Source of the DNA: Acidimicrobiia bacterium
Lineage (GTDB): Bacteria > Actinomycetota > Acidimicrobiia > Spongiisociales > ZC4RG35
DNA: 64,000 nt
Assembly (NCBI GenBank): GCA_965203555.1
Contig: CBDBCY010000004.1
Span: 1,632,001-1,696,000 of the forward strand
Direction of reading: 5' to 3'
Below are positions 30,620 through 40,262 of the stretch, piece after piece. The translations under genes and the position numbers were made by a program. Position 1 is the stretch's first letter. Every line of letters begins with the position of its first letter. The notes under the pieces are model-generated. The model was not told the origin of the DNA. It saw only the letters and a program-made list of their open reading frames with translations, and searched no databases.

Positions 30620-32457
30620 ATGAGTGTCTATCAACCACCGCTTCGCGACATCGACTTTGTCCTGGAGCACATCGTGGGTTTGGAATCGGTGTCCAAGCTC
30701 GACGGATTCCAGCACGCCGATCCCGCAACGGTCAATTACCTCTTGGAGGAGGCCGGACGGTTCATGACGGAGGTGGTGGCCCCCCTCAACCGGGTGGGAG
30801 ATGCCGAAGGGTCGGTGCTCACCGCCGAGGGAACGAAGGGTCGGTGCTCACCGCCGAGGGAACGGTGAAGACGCCCACCGGATTCAAAGAGGCCTACCAA
30901 CGTTTGGTGGAGGCGGGATGGCAGGGGATTTCGCTCCCCGGCGAATGGGGCGGAGGGGGCATGCCGCAGGTGGTGGGATTTGCGGTGGACGAGATGATGA
31001 TCTCCTCAAGCCTGGCGTTTTCCCTTTGCTCCACCCTGACCGCCGGCAGCGTCCACATGCTCAGCATGCACGGATCACCCGAACAGCAGGAGACGTATTT
31101 GGAGAAACTGATCTCCGGCGAGTGGTCGGGAACCATGAACCTGACCGAGCCCCATGCGGGTTCCGACGTCGGCGCTCTGAACACCAAGGCCGTCCCCCGG
31201 CCGGACGGTACCTATCTGATTACGGGGACCAAGATCTTCATCACCTGGGGCGACCACGACATGGCGGACAACATCGTTCACACCGTATTGGCGCGGATCC
31301 CCGGAGGCCCACCCGGCACGAAGGGCATCTCTCTTTTCGTCGTGCCCAAACGGCTGGTGGGCCCCGACGGCGAGCCCGCAGAGTTGAACGACATACGCAC
31401 CGTCTCGCTGGAGCACAAGCTGGGCATCCACGGCAGCCCCACCTGCATGCTCTCCTACGGCGAGAACGGCGGGGCGGTCGGATACCTGGTGGGTCCCGAA
31501 CACGGGGGCATGGCCCGCATGTTCACCATGATGAACGCCGCTCGGATAGCGGTGGGACAGGGTGGGCTGGCGGTGGCGGAACGCGCCTACCAGAAGGCGT
31601 TGGAGTTCTCCTGGCAGCGGCGCCAGGGAAGGGCGGTGGGCGCCCCCGCGGGTGAGCAGTCACCCATCGTCGAGCACCCCGACATCCGCCGGATGCTGGC
31701 GACGATGAAGGCCCGGATCGAGGCGATGAGAGCCTTGCTGTTCTATTGCGTGGCCGCCGTCGACCGCGCCCAGCACGCCGAGGGCGAGAAGGAGCGGACC
31801 GCCAACCGGGAGTTGGTCGCCCTCCTCACTCCCGTCGCCAAAGCCTGGTGCAGCGACCTGGGAGTGGAAGTCGCCTCCGACGGCATCCAGATCCACGGTG
31901 GGATGGGATTCGTGGAGGAGACCGGCGCCGCACAGTTCTTCCGGGACTCCCGGATCAGCCCGATCTACGAGGGCACCAACGGCATCCAGGCCATCGACCT
32001 GGTGATGAGAAAGCTCCCCATGCGGTCGGGAGCGGTGGTCAAAGAATTGCTTGAAGAGGTGACGGCCACCGCCGCCGAGGCATCCTCGGTCGACCGGCTG
32101 CGAGCTGCCGGCGAACAGTTACGCAGATCCGTTCAGAGTCTGAGCCGGGCCGGCCTGGCGCTGGGCGCCGGCCTGGCCAAAGGGGCCTACCGGGATGCCT
32201 TGGCCGGGGCCTACCCGTACATGACGATGTTCGGGACGGTTGTGGGCGGGTGGCTGATGCTTCGATCAGCACAGGCCGCCCTGGATCGCATCGGCGCCAA
32301 CTCCACCGATGACGATTGGCTTCGACAAAAGATCACCACCGCCCGTTTCTACTGCGAGCATCTCCTTCCCCAGGCCGAGTCTCTGGAAGGCCCCGCGTCT
32401 GGCGGCGCCGATCTGCTCTATGAGTTGGATCTGAGACCGGAGATGGCGACTAACTAA
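30620..32457 (+). pseudogene. Acyl-CoA dehydrogenase (DmdC/FadE5-like), frameshifted by a 29-bp tandem duplication
   Basis: MSVYQPPLRD..APLNRVGD in one frame; GTMNLTEPHAGSDVG, GTKIFIT, EHKLGIHGSPT, IYEGTNGIQA in another; duplication at 30806-30863. Confidence 0.85.
30806..30863 (+). repeat. Perfect 29-bp tandem duplication
   Basis: GAAGGGTCGGTGCTCACCGCCGAGGGAAC x2. Confidence 0.95.
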
Positions 32458-32468
32458 AAGGAAAGAAT

Positions 32469-32843
32469 ATGAGACCCATTCACTTCGAATGCCAGAGTCC
32501 CGATCCCGCCTCCAGCATGGAGTTCTTTTCAAAGGCGCTGGATTGGGAATTCCAAGGCTGGCATGACTTTCCGTACTGGCTGGCCACCACCGGGCCCGAT
32601 GATCGACCAGGCATAAACGGAGCCGTGATGCCGGCCGCCGACGGGAAACCCCGAACGGTGATAATCATGGAAGTGCCGGACATCGTCCAAGCGCTGGAGA
32701 GGGTTTCCGCCGAGGGCGGGGAGATAGTGCTACCCGTCCAGGACATCCCCGAGGTGGGGCAGTCGGCCTACTGCCGCGACCCCCAGGGTCTTTTGTTCGG
32801 CCTCTTCCAAGGCTTGGCGGCCGACTCGTCGGAAGGCGCCTGA
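32469..32843 (+). CDS. VOC family protein
   Basis: PIHFE, GINGA, GGEIVLPVQDIPEVG, DPQGLLFGL. Confidence 0.85.
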   Translation: MRPIHFECQSPDPASSMEFFSKALDWEFQGWHDFPYWLATTGPDDRPGINGAVMPAADGKPRTVIIMEVPDIVQALERVSAEGGEIVLPVQDIPEVGQSAYCRDPQGLLFGLFQGLAADSSEGA

Positions 32844-32882
32844 GGAACCGGCCATGACTCCTTCTGCAAACAGGGGAATCTC

Positions 32883-34052
32883 GTGAAGAGGCGTCGGGTG
32901 GCGGTGACCGGTGTGGGGGTGGTCACCGGCCCGGGCCAGGGTGTCGAGAACTTCTGGGAGGGACTGACCAAAGACCCCGGCAAGGGACCCTTCACCATCG
33001 ATGACTGGGATCCCTCGGCATTGATCCCCCGCCGGGAGGCCCGACGCCTGGATCTGTTCTCCCAATATGCCCGGGTAGCCGCTCACGAGGCGCTGGAGAT
33101 GGCAGGAGATCACGGCACGGCGCCTGACCGGTCGGGGTCCTGCGTGGGAACCGGAATCGGAGGGATGCAATCGTTTGAGAACCTGGTCAACGCCGTCTAC
33201 CACAGCCCCAGGCCGCGGCCCTCTCCTCTGGCCATCCCCATGATGATGGGCAACGCGGCTGCGGCCGACATCTCCATCACCTTCGGGTTTCTCGGCCCGG
33301 CCACCACCCAGACCCTGGCCTGCGCGGCCGGCGCCCAGGCCATCTGCGACGCTCTCCGTCAGATCCAGTGGGGATATGCCGACCTGATGGTGGCGGGCGG
33401 ATCCGAAGCAGCCGTGAGGCCGGCCTCCATCGCCGGGTTCCGCGTCGCCCGGGCGTTGTCTCCCACCGACGAGTCGCGGCCCTTCGACGTGGACCGCAAC
33501 GGTTTCGTGGTCGGCGAGGGCGCCGCCATGATGGTCCTGGAGGAGTGGGATCAGGCAGAGAACCGCGGCGCTGACATCCTGGCCGAACTGATGGGCGCCG
33601 GGACCAGCTCCGACGCCCATCACATCACCGCTCCCCATCCCGAGGGCGAAGGCGCCCGCCGCGCTCTGGAGTGGGCGCTGGAAGACGCAGGCGCCACTTC
33701 CGACCAGGTGGGTTACATCAACGCCCACGGAACCGCCACTCCGCTCAACGACGCCGGCGAAGGTCGGGTGATTTTCGATATCTGGGGCGACAACCAGCCG
33801 CTGGTGTCCTCTATCAAAGGAACCACCGGCCATGCGCTGGGCGCCAGCGGGGGGATAGAGGCGGTGGCCTCCGTTCTGGCCATCAGCCGCAAACAAGTCC
33901 CGCCCAACATCGGTCTACGGGAACAGGATCCGCAGATCGCCCTGCAGCGAATCGTGACGGAGCGCCAAGATTGGGAGCCGGGTTTGGCGGTCTCCAATTC
34001 CTTCGGGTTCGGCGGCCACAACACGGTGCTGGTATTCGGTCCCGCCGATTGA
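32883..34052 (+). CDS. fabF: Beta-ketoacyl-ACP synthase II
   Basis: RRVAVTGVG, LACAAG, SRPFDVDRNGFVVGEG, NAHGTAT, GHALGASG, SNSFGFGGHN. Confidence 0.9.
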   Translation: MKRRRVAVTGVGVVTGPGQGVENFWEGLTKDPGKGPFTIDDWDPSALIPRREARRLDLFSQYARVAAHEALEMAGDHGTAPDRSGSCVGTGIGGMQSFENLVNAVYHSPRPRPSPLAIPMMMGNAAAADISITFGFLGPATTQTLACAAGAQAICDALRQIQWGYADLMVAGGSEAAVRPASIAGFRVARALSPTDESRPFDVDRNGFVVGEGAAMMVLEEWDQAENRGADILAELMGAGTSSDAHHITAPHPEGEGARRALEWALEDAGATSDQVGYINAHGTATPLNDAGEGRVIFDIWGDNQPLVSSIKGTTGHALGASGGIEAVASVLAISRKQVPPNIGLREQDPQIALQRIVTERQDWEPGLAVSNSFGFGGHNTVLVFGPAD

Positions 34053-34074
34053 ATCCCGGCCGAGCGACCGGCCC

Positions 34075-34539
34075 GTGTTCTCCGTAGTTCTCTACCGGCC
34101 GGAGATTCCCCCCAACACCGGAGCGGTGATGCGACTGGCGGCCAACACCGGGTGCAGGCTGCATCTGATCGAGCCGCTGGGCTTTCAGATGTCCGACGCC
34201 CGGTTGCGCCGGGCCGGAATGGACTACCGCGACAGGGCGGTGACCGAGGTGCACGAAAGCCTGCAGGCGTGGCGGGCAAAGACCCGTCCTCCCCGGGTGA
34301 TCGCATTCTCGCCCCACTCCCGGCGCTGGCATTCGGACCTTGAGTACCGCGGCGGGGACGCGCTGCTGTTCGGCCCCGAGTCGGTGGGGTTGCCCGAGGA
34401 AGTGCTGTCGGAGTCGTGGATCGACCACACCGTCCGCATCCCCATGCTCCCCGACGTCCGCAGCCTCAACCTCGCCAACTCGGTAGCCATCGGGGTGTAC
34501 GAAGCCTGGAGCCGGCATGATCACCGAGGGGCGATCTGA
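34075..34539 (+). CDS. trmL: tRNA (cytidine/uridine-34 2'-O)-methyltransferase
   Basis: PEIPPNTG, LHLIEPLGF, LRRAGMDY, LFGPESVGL, RIPM..RSLNLANS. Confidence 0.93.
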   Translation: MFSVVLYRPEIPPNTGAVMRLAANTGCRLHLIEPLGFQMSDARLRRAGMDYRDRAVTEVHESLQAWRAKTRPPRVIAFSPHSRRWHSDLEYRGGDALLFGPESVGLPEEVLSESWIDHTVRIPMLPDVRSLNLANSVAIGVYEAWSRHDHRGAI

Positions 34540-34558
34540 CCTTTTGGACTCTTTCCTC

Positions 34559-34664
34559 CAACAATAAAAGTCACAAAAACAATAAAGGCCACAAAAGGCT
34601 ATCCGCCCCTATAATCAGGCACAACAATAAAAGCCACAAAAACAATAAAGGCCACAAAAGGCTA
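34559..34664 (+). repeat. Two 43-bp A-rich direct repeats (63-bp period), each containing two ~18-bp subunits
   Basis: CAACAATAAAAG(T/C)CACAAAAACAATAAAGGCCACAAAAGGCTA at 34559 and 34622, with TATAAT between them. Confidence 0.9.
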
Positions 34665-34677
34665 CCTGTCCTGAAAA

Positions 34678-35889
34678 ATGGCAACCAACGAAAACCCTTT
34701 CACCCCGAGCTTCGGCACCTCACCACCAGTGCTGGCGGGTCGCGACAACATTCTCACCGACTGGGACAACGCCCTCGAAGCGGGCCCGCGACACCCCGAC
34801 TTCACCATTCTCTTCCTGGGAATGCGGGGCGCCGGCAAGACCGCCATGCTCAACGAGGTGGAAGACCGCGCCAGAACACGCGGCTGGCTAACCATCTCCG
34901 AAGACTCCACCCACCGCGGACTCTTGTCTCGGATCACCAAGGCAGCGATCTCCCTATCGACCGATTTGGACTCGACCGGGACCCGCCGCCAGGTCACCGG
35001 TATTGAAGCGGCAGGCCTGGGAATCGAATTCCAGCCCCGACCCTTACCGGAACCTCCCCAGGACCTGCGCACCGTGCTCACCCAACTGGCCGACCTCCTG
35101 CAAAGGAACGGCACCGGATTGCTGATCACCATCGACGAGATGCAAGCAGCCGAGGTCGACGAGATTCGCCGGTTCGGCAGCATCATCCAACATGTGACCC
35201 GCAGAGAAGAACGACCTGTTGCTTTTGTAGGCGCCGGGCTCCCCGAGATCGAGGACAGATTCCTGTCAGGTGATGCGGTCACCTTCCTGCAACGGTGCTC
35301 CCGCCGGGACATCGGGCCACTGGATGATCAGGCCACCGCCACCGCTCTGCAGGTTCCGATCGCGGACCTCCACGCCTCCCTCGCTCCCGGTGCCCTGGCC
35401 GCGGCGGTCCGAGCTGTGTCGGGCTATGCCTTCATGACCCAACTCGTTGGTTTTCACATGTGGAAGGCAGCCGCCGACCCGTATGCCGGCATCACCTTCC
35501 GAGAGGCGGCGGCCGGCATCGCGGAGGCGGAGAGGCAAATGGCCAGACTGGTGCTGGAACCCATCTGGAAGACCCTGTCAGAAATGGACCGCCGGTTTTT
35601 ACTGGAGATGAGCCAGGACAGCGGAGAGTCCCGTCTGGCCGAGGTGGCCGGCCGACTGGGGAGAAATGTCGGATACGCAGGTGTGTACCGCAGCCGCCTT
35701 ATCCAAAAGGGTATGATCGTCCCGGTCCGCAAAGGATGGATTGCCTTCGCTCATCATTCCACCCGTCAGTGGCTGAAGCAACTGCCCCGCGGAACCGCCG
35801 GGTCCGAAGGCCCGATCCTGCCGATGTCCGCTCACCGGTCCCCCGAAGAGAGCGGATCGACCAGAACCGGACCCAGCGGCCCTTCCTGA
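34678..35889 (+). CDS. AAA_16-type ATPase with C-terminal winged helix
   Basis: NPFTPSFG..PPVLAGR, GMRGAGKT, ITIDEMQ, VGAGLP, YAGVYRSRLI. Confidence 0.85.
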   Translation: MATNENPFTPSFGTSPPVLAGRDNILTDWDNALEAGPRHPDFTILFLGMRGAGKTAMLNEVEDRARTRGWLTISEDSTHRGLLSRITKAAISLSTDLDSTGTRRQVTGIEAAGLGIEFQPRPLPEPPQDLRTVLTQLADLLQRNGTGLLITIDEMQAAEVDEIRRFGSIIQHVTRREERPVAFVGAGLPEIEDRFLSGDAVTFLQRCSRRDIGPLDDQATATALQVPIADLHASLAPGALAAAVRAVSGYAFMTQLVGFHMWKAAADPYAGITFREAAAGIAEAERQMARLVLEPIWKTLSEMDRRFLLEMSQDSGESRLAEVAGRLGRNVGYAGVYRSRLIQKGMIVPVRKGWIAFAHHSTRQWLKQLPRGTAGSEGPILPMSAHRSPEESGSTRTGPSGPS

Positions 35890-36851
35890 CGGACCACCCG
35901 CCCCTTCCCGACCCGCCGGGCGGTCACGCTCTCCAAGTCGGCCAACTTCTCGGCGCCTTCCAAGGCGGTCAGATCACCGTCGTAGTAGTCGAACCACGGC
36001 AACCCGGCGTCGGTGTACTGGCGGGCAGTGGGCGGCTGGTTGGGAGGGCGGACCCCGCAGACCGTCAGGTACTGGACGCTGTTTAGGACATGCACGAAGC
36101 AGCGGGCGCTCGCCTCCGTTTCCCAAACGTCGAATCCGTAGTCGTCCTCGTAGATCTCCTGGCGCATGAGACCTCCGGGCGCCAACCCCATTTCCATGGG
36201 AGCCATGACGGGAGGCGCCATGCAATACACGGGACCTTCATGTATATCTGCTCCCTCCTCCATCGGCTCATACTCCGAAGCCTTCATCGGGTAGACCACG
36301 ATCTGGACGCCGCCGTGCTCGCCCTCCCCGGTCAACTGCTCCTCGGCCGTGTACCCCTGTCCCAGGGGCATCGCCACAAACTGACGTATCAGCCCTCTCT
36401 TGACACAGAAGCCGTCCAGCCAGGGCTGATCCGGAACCACCAGATAGTCCTGCGGATCCTGACAGAGGTCATCGGTCCATACCTCCCCGGTCAGGGCGTT
36501 GATCTTTCCGGCGGCCACCTTCACGGCCATGGGATAGTCAGCGATGAAGTTGATCCACATCGCCTCAGCCTGATACATGGGGAAGAAGACACCGCCGTGC
36601 CTGCTCCAATCCTCCGGGATACCGTGCGAATAGTCGTCCACCAGTTCGAGGGGGAATCTCCCGAGACCCGGTGGAAGGAAATGCGCCCGATCGTCGTCGG
36701 GTATTCGCAGGGTCCGCTGGAAATCGAGGCTGAACCCGGCGTCCTCGTGCACTTGAGGAAACCGAAATGTCAGACGGTCGTCCCTGAGTTCCACCACTCC
36801 CGAGCCTCCCGCTCCCTCGTCGCTCCTCCGGCTTTCCTTTAGTCGGCTCAT
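35832..36851 (-). CDS. Conserved hypothetical protein (FQRTLRIPDD family)
   Basis: FQRTLRIPDD..LPPGLGRFPL, PMYQAEAMWINF, QPWLDG, RQFVAMPLG, MGLAPGG, YTDAGLPWFDYY; RBS GGAG. Confidence 0.75.
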   Translation of the reverse strand: MSRLKESRRSDEGAGGSGVVELRDDRLTFRFPQVHEDAGFSLDFQRTLRIPDDDRAHFLPPGLGRFPLELVDDYSHGIPEDWSRHGGVFFPMYQAEAMWINFIADYPMAVKVAAGKINALTGEVWTDDLCQDPQDYLVVPDQPWLDGFCVKRGLIRQFVAMPLGQGYTAEEQLTGEGEHGGVQIVVYPMKASEYEPMEEGADIHEGPVYCMAPPVMAPMEMGLAPGGLMRQEIYEDDYGFDVWETEASARCFVHVLNSVQYLTVCGVRPPNQPPTARQYTDAGLPWFDYYDGDLTALEGAEKLADLESVTARRVGKGRVVRQEGPLGPVLVDPLSSGDR

Positions 36852-37249
36852 CGCTCCAATCCTTACTTAGCCAAACATCTTGTCGGCCCTATTCAAAGCA
36901 GAGGGGTGTGACAGCTTCTCGTCAACCAAGAGCAATTTGATCCTCCCAGCTACCAGTACGGACCATAGACCGCGAATTCTGTCGCTAAACCGCGAAAAAT
37001 AGCCCTGCAAGGGTCTGATCTCTGATGGGCCCTCCCCCGCCGCCTCCTTTCCGTGGTTGTTCGCGAAATCTCCACGCCTTTATTCGGTAGTGGTTTCGCC
37101 TGTTGGGTTGTTCCGGCCGGGTTGAGCTCTCGGGTCCCCGATCGGTGGGATTGATTGGTAGCTGATAATCAATGTGGACCAATAGCCGGGGGACCGGCAA
37201 CCCCCAGGCTGGGGATTGTTTCCCAACCTCACCCCGGATGTTCACAGTC

Positions 37250-38473
37250 TCAACCCGGTGGGGGTCTGCTTCGAGCGCGTCGCCTGGTTGAGGTCTTGAT
37301 CGGCAGTGACCTTCGACTGCCGGAAGCCGGGGGTTGCAGCACATATTTGCCGCCGGGAGTTTGAACAACCTCCCAGTCCTGGTCGTGGACCCGGTGGTGG
37401 CATCGGCTGCACAGCAGGACCATGTTGTCGATGTCGGTGGGGCCGTCGGCCGCCCAGGGAATGATGTGGTGCGACTGGCACCAGGCGGGATCGGCGCCGC
37501 ACCCCACACAGTTGCGGTCTCGGGCGATCAGCAACATTCGTTGTGTGGGAGAAGCGATCCGTCTGGCCGTCCCTGCCCACAGCACCTGGCCCCTACCGTC
37601 GAAGATGGTGGGAAGAATCCGGCTCTGGCAGGCCAGATCTTTCACCGCTTCCACCGGCAACGGGGCGCCGTCACCCAGCCTGGCGTCACGGATCAGTTGT
37701 GTGATCGGGTCATAGTGAGCGATCAGCACCAACACCGGACCCCGACCACCCCGCTTCTTCTTGTCGTTCTTTTCTTTGCGTTCCCCGCACAACAACTCCA
37801 CCAACGCGTCCGCCATTCGCTGTCCGGTGGTGGGACGATGCCGGGGATCTTCTTCCCTCCACATCTGGTTGGCCATCTTCGACAAGGCGCTTTTCGTCTT
37901 GGCGCCGTTGATCGGGTCCAGCAGGGCATGCAACACCGTCATCCCACTGCCGCGATCCACCCGAATCCACACTTTACGATCAGAACGCTGTCGTCGAAGG
38001 ATCGACATCCCGTCATCCTCGGAACGCCGCTGGACGTGCCTGCGTGCGGTGTGAGCAAACACGTCCACGGGCTGCTTTTTGGCCTTGTCCACCAACTCCT
38101 GTTCGTCTATGTCACCCTGCTGGGAGGTCTTGACGATGATCTTGGCGTGATCGAACGAGATCTTTCCCTTACCGAAGGCATCGGAGGTGACCGGCAAATC
38201 GTTCAGTCCCCTGCCGGTTTCCAACTCCTGCCGAGCGCCGCGGGTGGACTGACCGGACTTGTCCCGCAACGTCTTCTCCGCCGCTCCCTTACCCTGCCGG
38301 CGGGCAAGCTCCGCCGCCGCTTCCGCCCGGACCGCCTCGACCTTGGCCTTTGCTTGACTGGCCGAACGGATCCGCTCTTTCAACTCTTCCACGGAGGCGC
38401 TCTTCAACCGCGCAGACGGCAACACCACCCGCACCCGATGACTCGAGACCCCTTGTCGTCCTCCCTCTTTCAT
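37250..38473 (-). CDS. DUF222 (13E12-repeat-like) HNH endonuclease
   Basis: QRMADAL, RDRNCVGC, CQSHHIIPWAADGPTDIDNMVLLCSRCHHRVH. Confidence 0.88.
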   Translation of the reverse strand: MKEGGRQGVSSHRVRVVLPSARLKSASVEELKERIRSASQAKAKVEAVRAEAAAELARRQGKGAAEKTLRDKSGQSTRGARQELETGRGLNDLPVTSDAFGKGKISFDHAKIIVKTSQQGDIDEQELVDKAKKQPVDVFAHTARRHVQRRSEDDGMSILRRQRSDRKVWIRVDRGSGMTVLHALLDPINGAKTKSALSKMANQMWREEDPRHRPTTGQRMADALVELLCGERKEKNDKKKRGGRGPVLVLIAHYDPITQLIRDARLGDGAPLPVEAVKDLACQSRILPTIFDGRGQVLWAGTARRIASPTQRMLLIARDRNCVGCGADPAWCQSHHIIPWAADGPTDIDNMVLLCSRCHHRVHDQDWEVVQTPGGKYVLQPPASGSRRSLPIKTSTRRRARSRPPPG

Positions 38474-38480
38474 GCTTACC

Positions 38481-38502
38481 ATTATACCGCAGGGGTGTGA
38501 CA
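38481..38502 (-). promoter_or_regulatory. PafBC/RecA-NDp-type DNA-damage promoter, probably leaderless
   Basis: Minus strand TGTCAC-N10-TATAAT, 7 nt before the HNH ATG; the mycobacterial motif is TGTCGG-N10-TANNNT. Confidence 0.6.
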
Positions 38503-38601
38503 ATACCTACTGTATTATAATGCTATCTACGCTATTACAACCTAATAGGACAGCAAACATAGGCATGCCAAGTCCGGCTGGAATTCTGCAACGCCCGCGA
38601 T

Positions 38602-40146
38602 CTACCGAGGAAACGCCAGGTCGATCTCCTCCTGCGTCCAGTACCCCTCTATCGGGCGGACGCCGGCTTCTCGCCCGTAATGAGCGAGTCGCACATTGTC
38701 CCATTCATTGAATATCTCGATCGCGTCGAACACGCTTTGAGGGCTGACCGCCTTCAAGGCCTTCCAGCCCTCACTTCTCGGCTTGGGAAGATTGGAGGTC
38801 AGGATCAGCAGCGGCGTCTCCAACCGGGCCATCTGAAGAACATGCGCCCTGCCCAGCGCCTTCCACAGAGTGTCGGTTCTTTGCAGGCCCGGTCTCACAG
38901 TGGTGAACGCTCCCGACACGTCCACATACCACCTCATCCCTCTCTGATTCTCAACCAGGAAGTTGTACTGGATACCCACCGCCGGAATCTTGGGATTGGT
39001 TTTGACGATCCTGAATCCGGCTGCTTCAAGAGCGCCCCGAGCCAGGTCCTGCACCTTCTTGCCCTCCCTGACCGCCCGAGCCTGAAAGTGCTCGATGGAC
39101 GGACGGGCCCCCGGGGTGTTGCCGGGCTGCCGCATCCCGTTGATGGCGCCATCCGGTTCGGGATCCTGGTCCAGCAGCGTTGGCCGTCGCATTGCTCGTT
39201 CCAGCCTTCGGTGAGCTATCTCCACATACTCAGGCTTGATGTCGTATCCGACTGCCCGCCGCCATGCCTTGTAGGCGGCCACCAATGTGGTCCCCGAACC
39301 CATGAAGGGATCCAGCACCAGGTCATCTTCATAGGTATAGAGATCAATGAGCCTCAACGGAAGCTCCACCGGGAAGGGGGCGGGATGGGAGACCCGACGA
39401 GCGCTCTCGGCAGGGATTTCCCACACGTCAAGGGTGGCTTCCACGAACTCGTCATTGGGAAGGGTGGCGACATTGGGAAGCCCCGCCTTCTTGCGTGCCG
39501 ACCGTTTCTTGGCCCGATCGAACCGCCCCTTGCTCGCCACGATGATCCTCTCGGTGGTGTCGCGAAGCACCGGATTGGACGGCTGCCGGAACGATCCCCA
39601 GGCGACCGCCCCTCCCATGGCCTTGGCCTTCCTCCAGATGATCTCTCCCCGCATCAGCAGACCGAGATCCTCGAATATCTTGATCACATCGGCGGAGAGA
39701 CTGCGGTAGGGCTTGCGGCCCAGATTGGCCACATTGACGGCGATCCGGCCTCCCGGCTCCAGCACCCGGATGCATTCGTAGAAAGCGTCGTAGAGCAATT
39801 GGAGGTATTCCCGATAGGTCCTCGGCAGGCCGGCGACCAGGGAGTCATGATGCGCCCTCCCGATCACCTCGTTCTCATAGGCCTTGCCCACGAAGTAGGG
39901 AGGTGATGTGACCACCAGCGCAACGGACCGGTCGGGAATCTGATGCATGCACCTCGCATCACCCAGAATCGGACCCTCGGCTTGCGGACGGGGTCCGATC
40001 CGGTCGTCGTTGTTGATGATCGGCGGCTGGAAACGGGCATAGAAGGACGAAGAATCGTGACTCTCTCTGCGACCCGACCCGAAGTCGGAGGTGCTGGTGG
40101 GACGTCGTGGAGGTCGGGACACTCGTTCAGCCATCGCGTGAATCAT
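38602..40146 (-). CDS. Beta-class N4/N6 DNA methyltransferase fused to a C-terminal PD-(D/E)XK-like domain
   Basis: VTSPPY (motif IV), HPAPFP, DPFMGSGTT (motif I); extra C-terminal domain YVDVSG..PGLQRTDTLWKALG. Confidence 0.85.
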   Translation of the reverse strand: MIHAMAERVSRPPRRPTSTSDFGSGRRESHDSSSFYARFQPPIINNDDRIGPRPQAEGPILGDARCMHQIPDRSVALVVTSPPYFVGKAYENEVIGRAHHDSLVAGLPRTYREYLQLLYDAFYECIRVLEPGGRIAVNVANLGRKPYRSLSADVIKIFEDLGLLMRGEIIWRKAKAMGGAVAWGSFRQPSNPVLRDTTERIIVASKGRFDRAKKRSARKKAGLPNVATLPNDEFVEATLDVWEIPAESARRVSHPAPFPVELPLRLIDLYTYEDDLVLDPFMGSGTTLVAAYKAWRRAVGYDIKPEYVEIAHRRLERAMRRPTLLDQDPEPDGAINGMRQPGNTPGARPSIEHFQARAVREGKKVQDLARGALEAAGFRIVKTNPKIPAVGIQYNFLVENQRGMRWYVDVSGAFTTVRPGLQRTDTLWKALGRAHVLQMARLETPLLILTSNLPKPRSEGWKALKAVSPQSVFDAIEIFNEWDNVRLAHYGREAGVRPIEGYWTQEEIDLAFPR

Positions 40147-40262
40147 AAGAGCGCACCCTCCCCGGTCGAGGGAACCTCGCCCACGGCTCATCCTGCCATC
40201 AACCATCTTGCTTTACACCCTCGGCTCATTAGCTTTCATAGAGTTCCCAAAGAGGAGAGTGC

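Noticed and set aside
30610-30805. N-terminus of the 615-aa ORF 30610-32457
   Set aside because: Wrong frame; the true N-terminus starts at 30620 and is displaced by the 29-bp duplication.
34559-34664. Possible mini CRISPR array
   Set aside because: Only two A-rich non-palindromic copies with a 20-bp gap, internal sub-repeats and no cas genes in the window.
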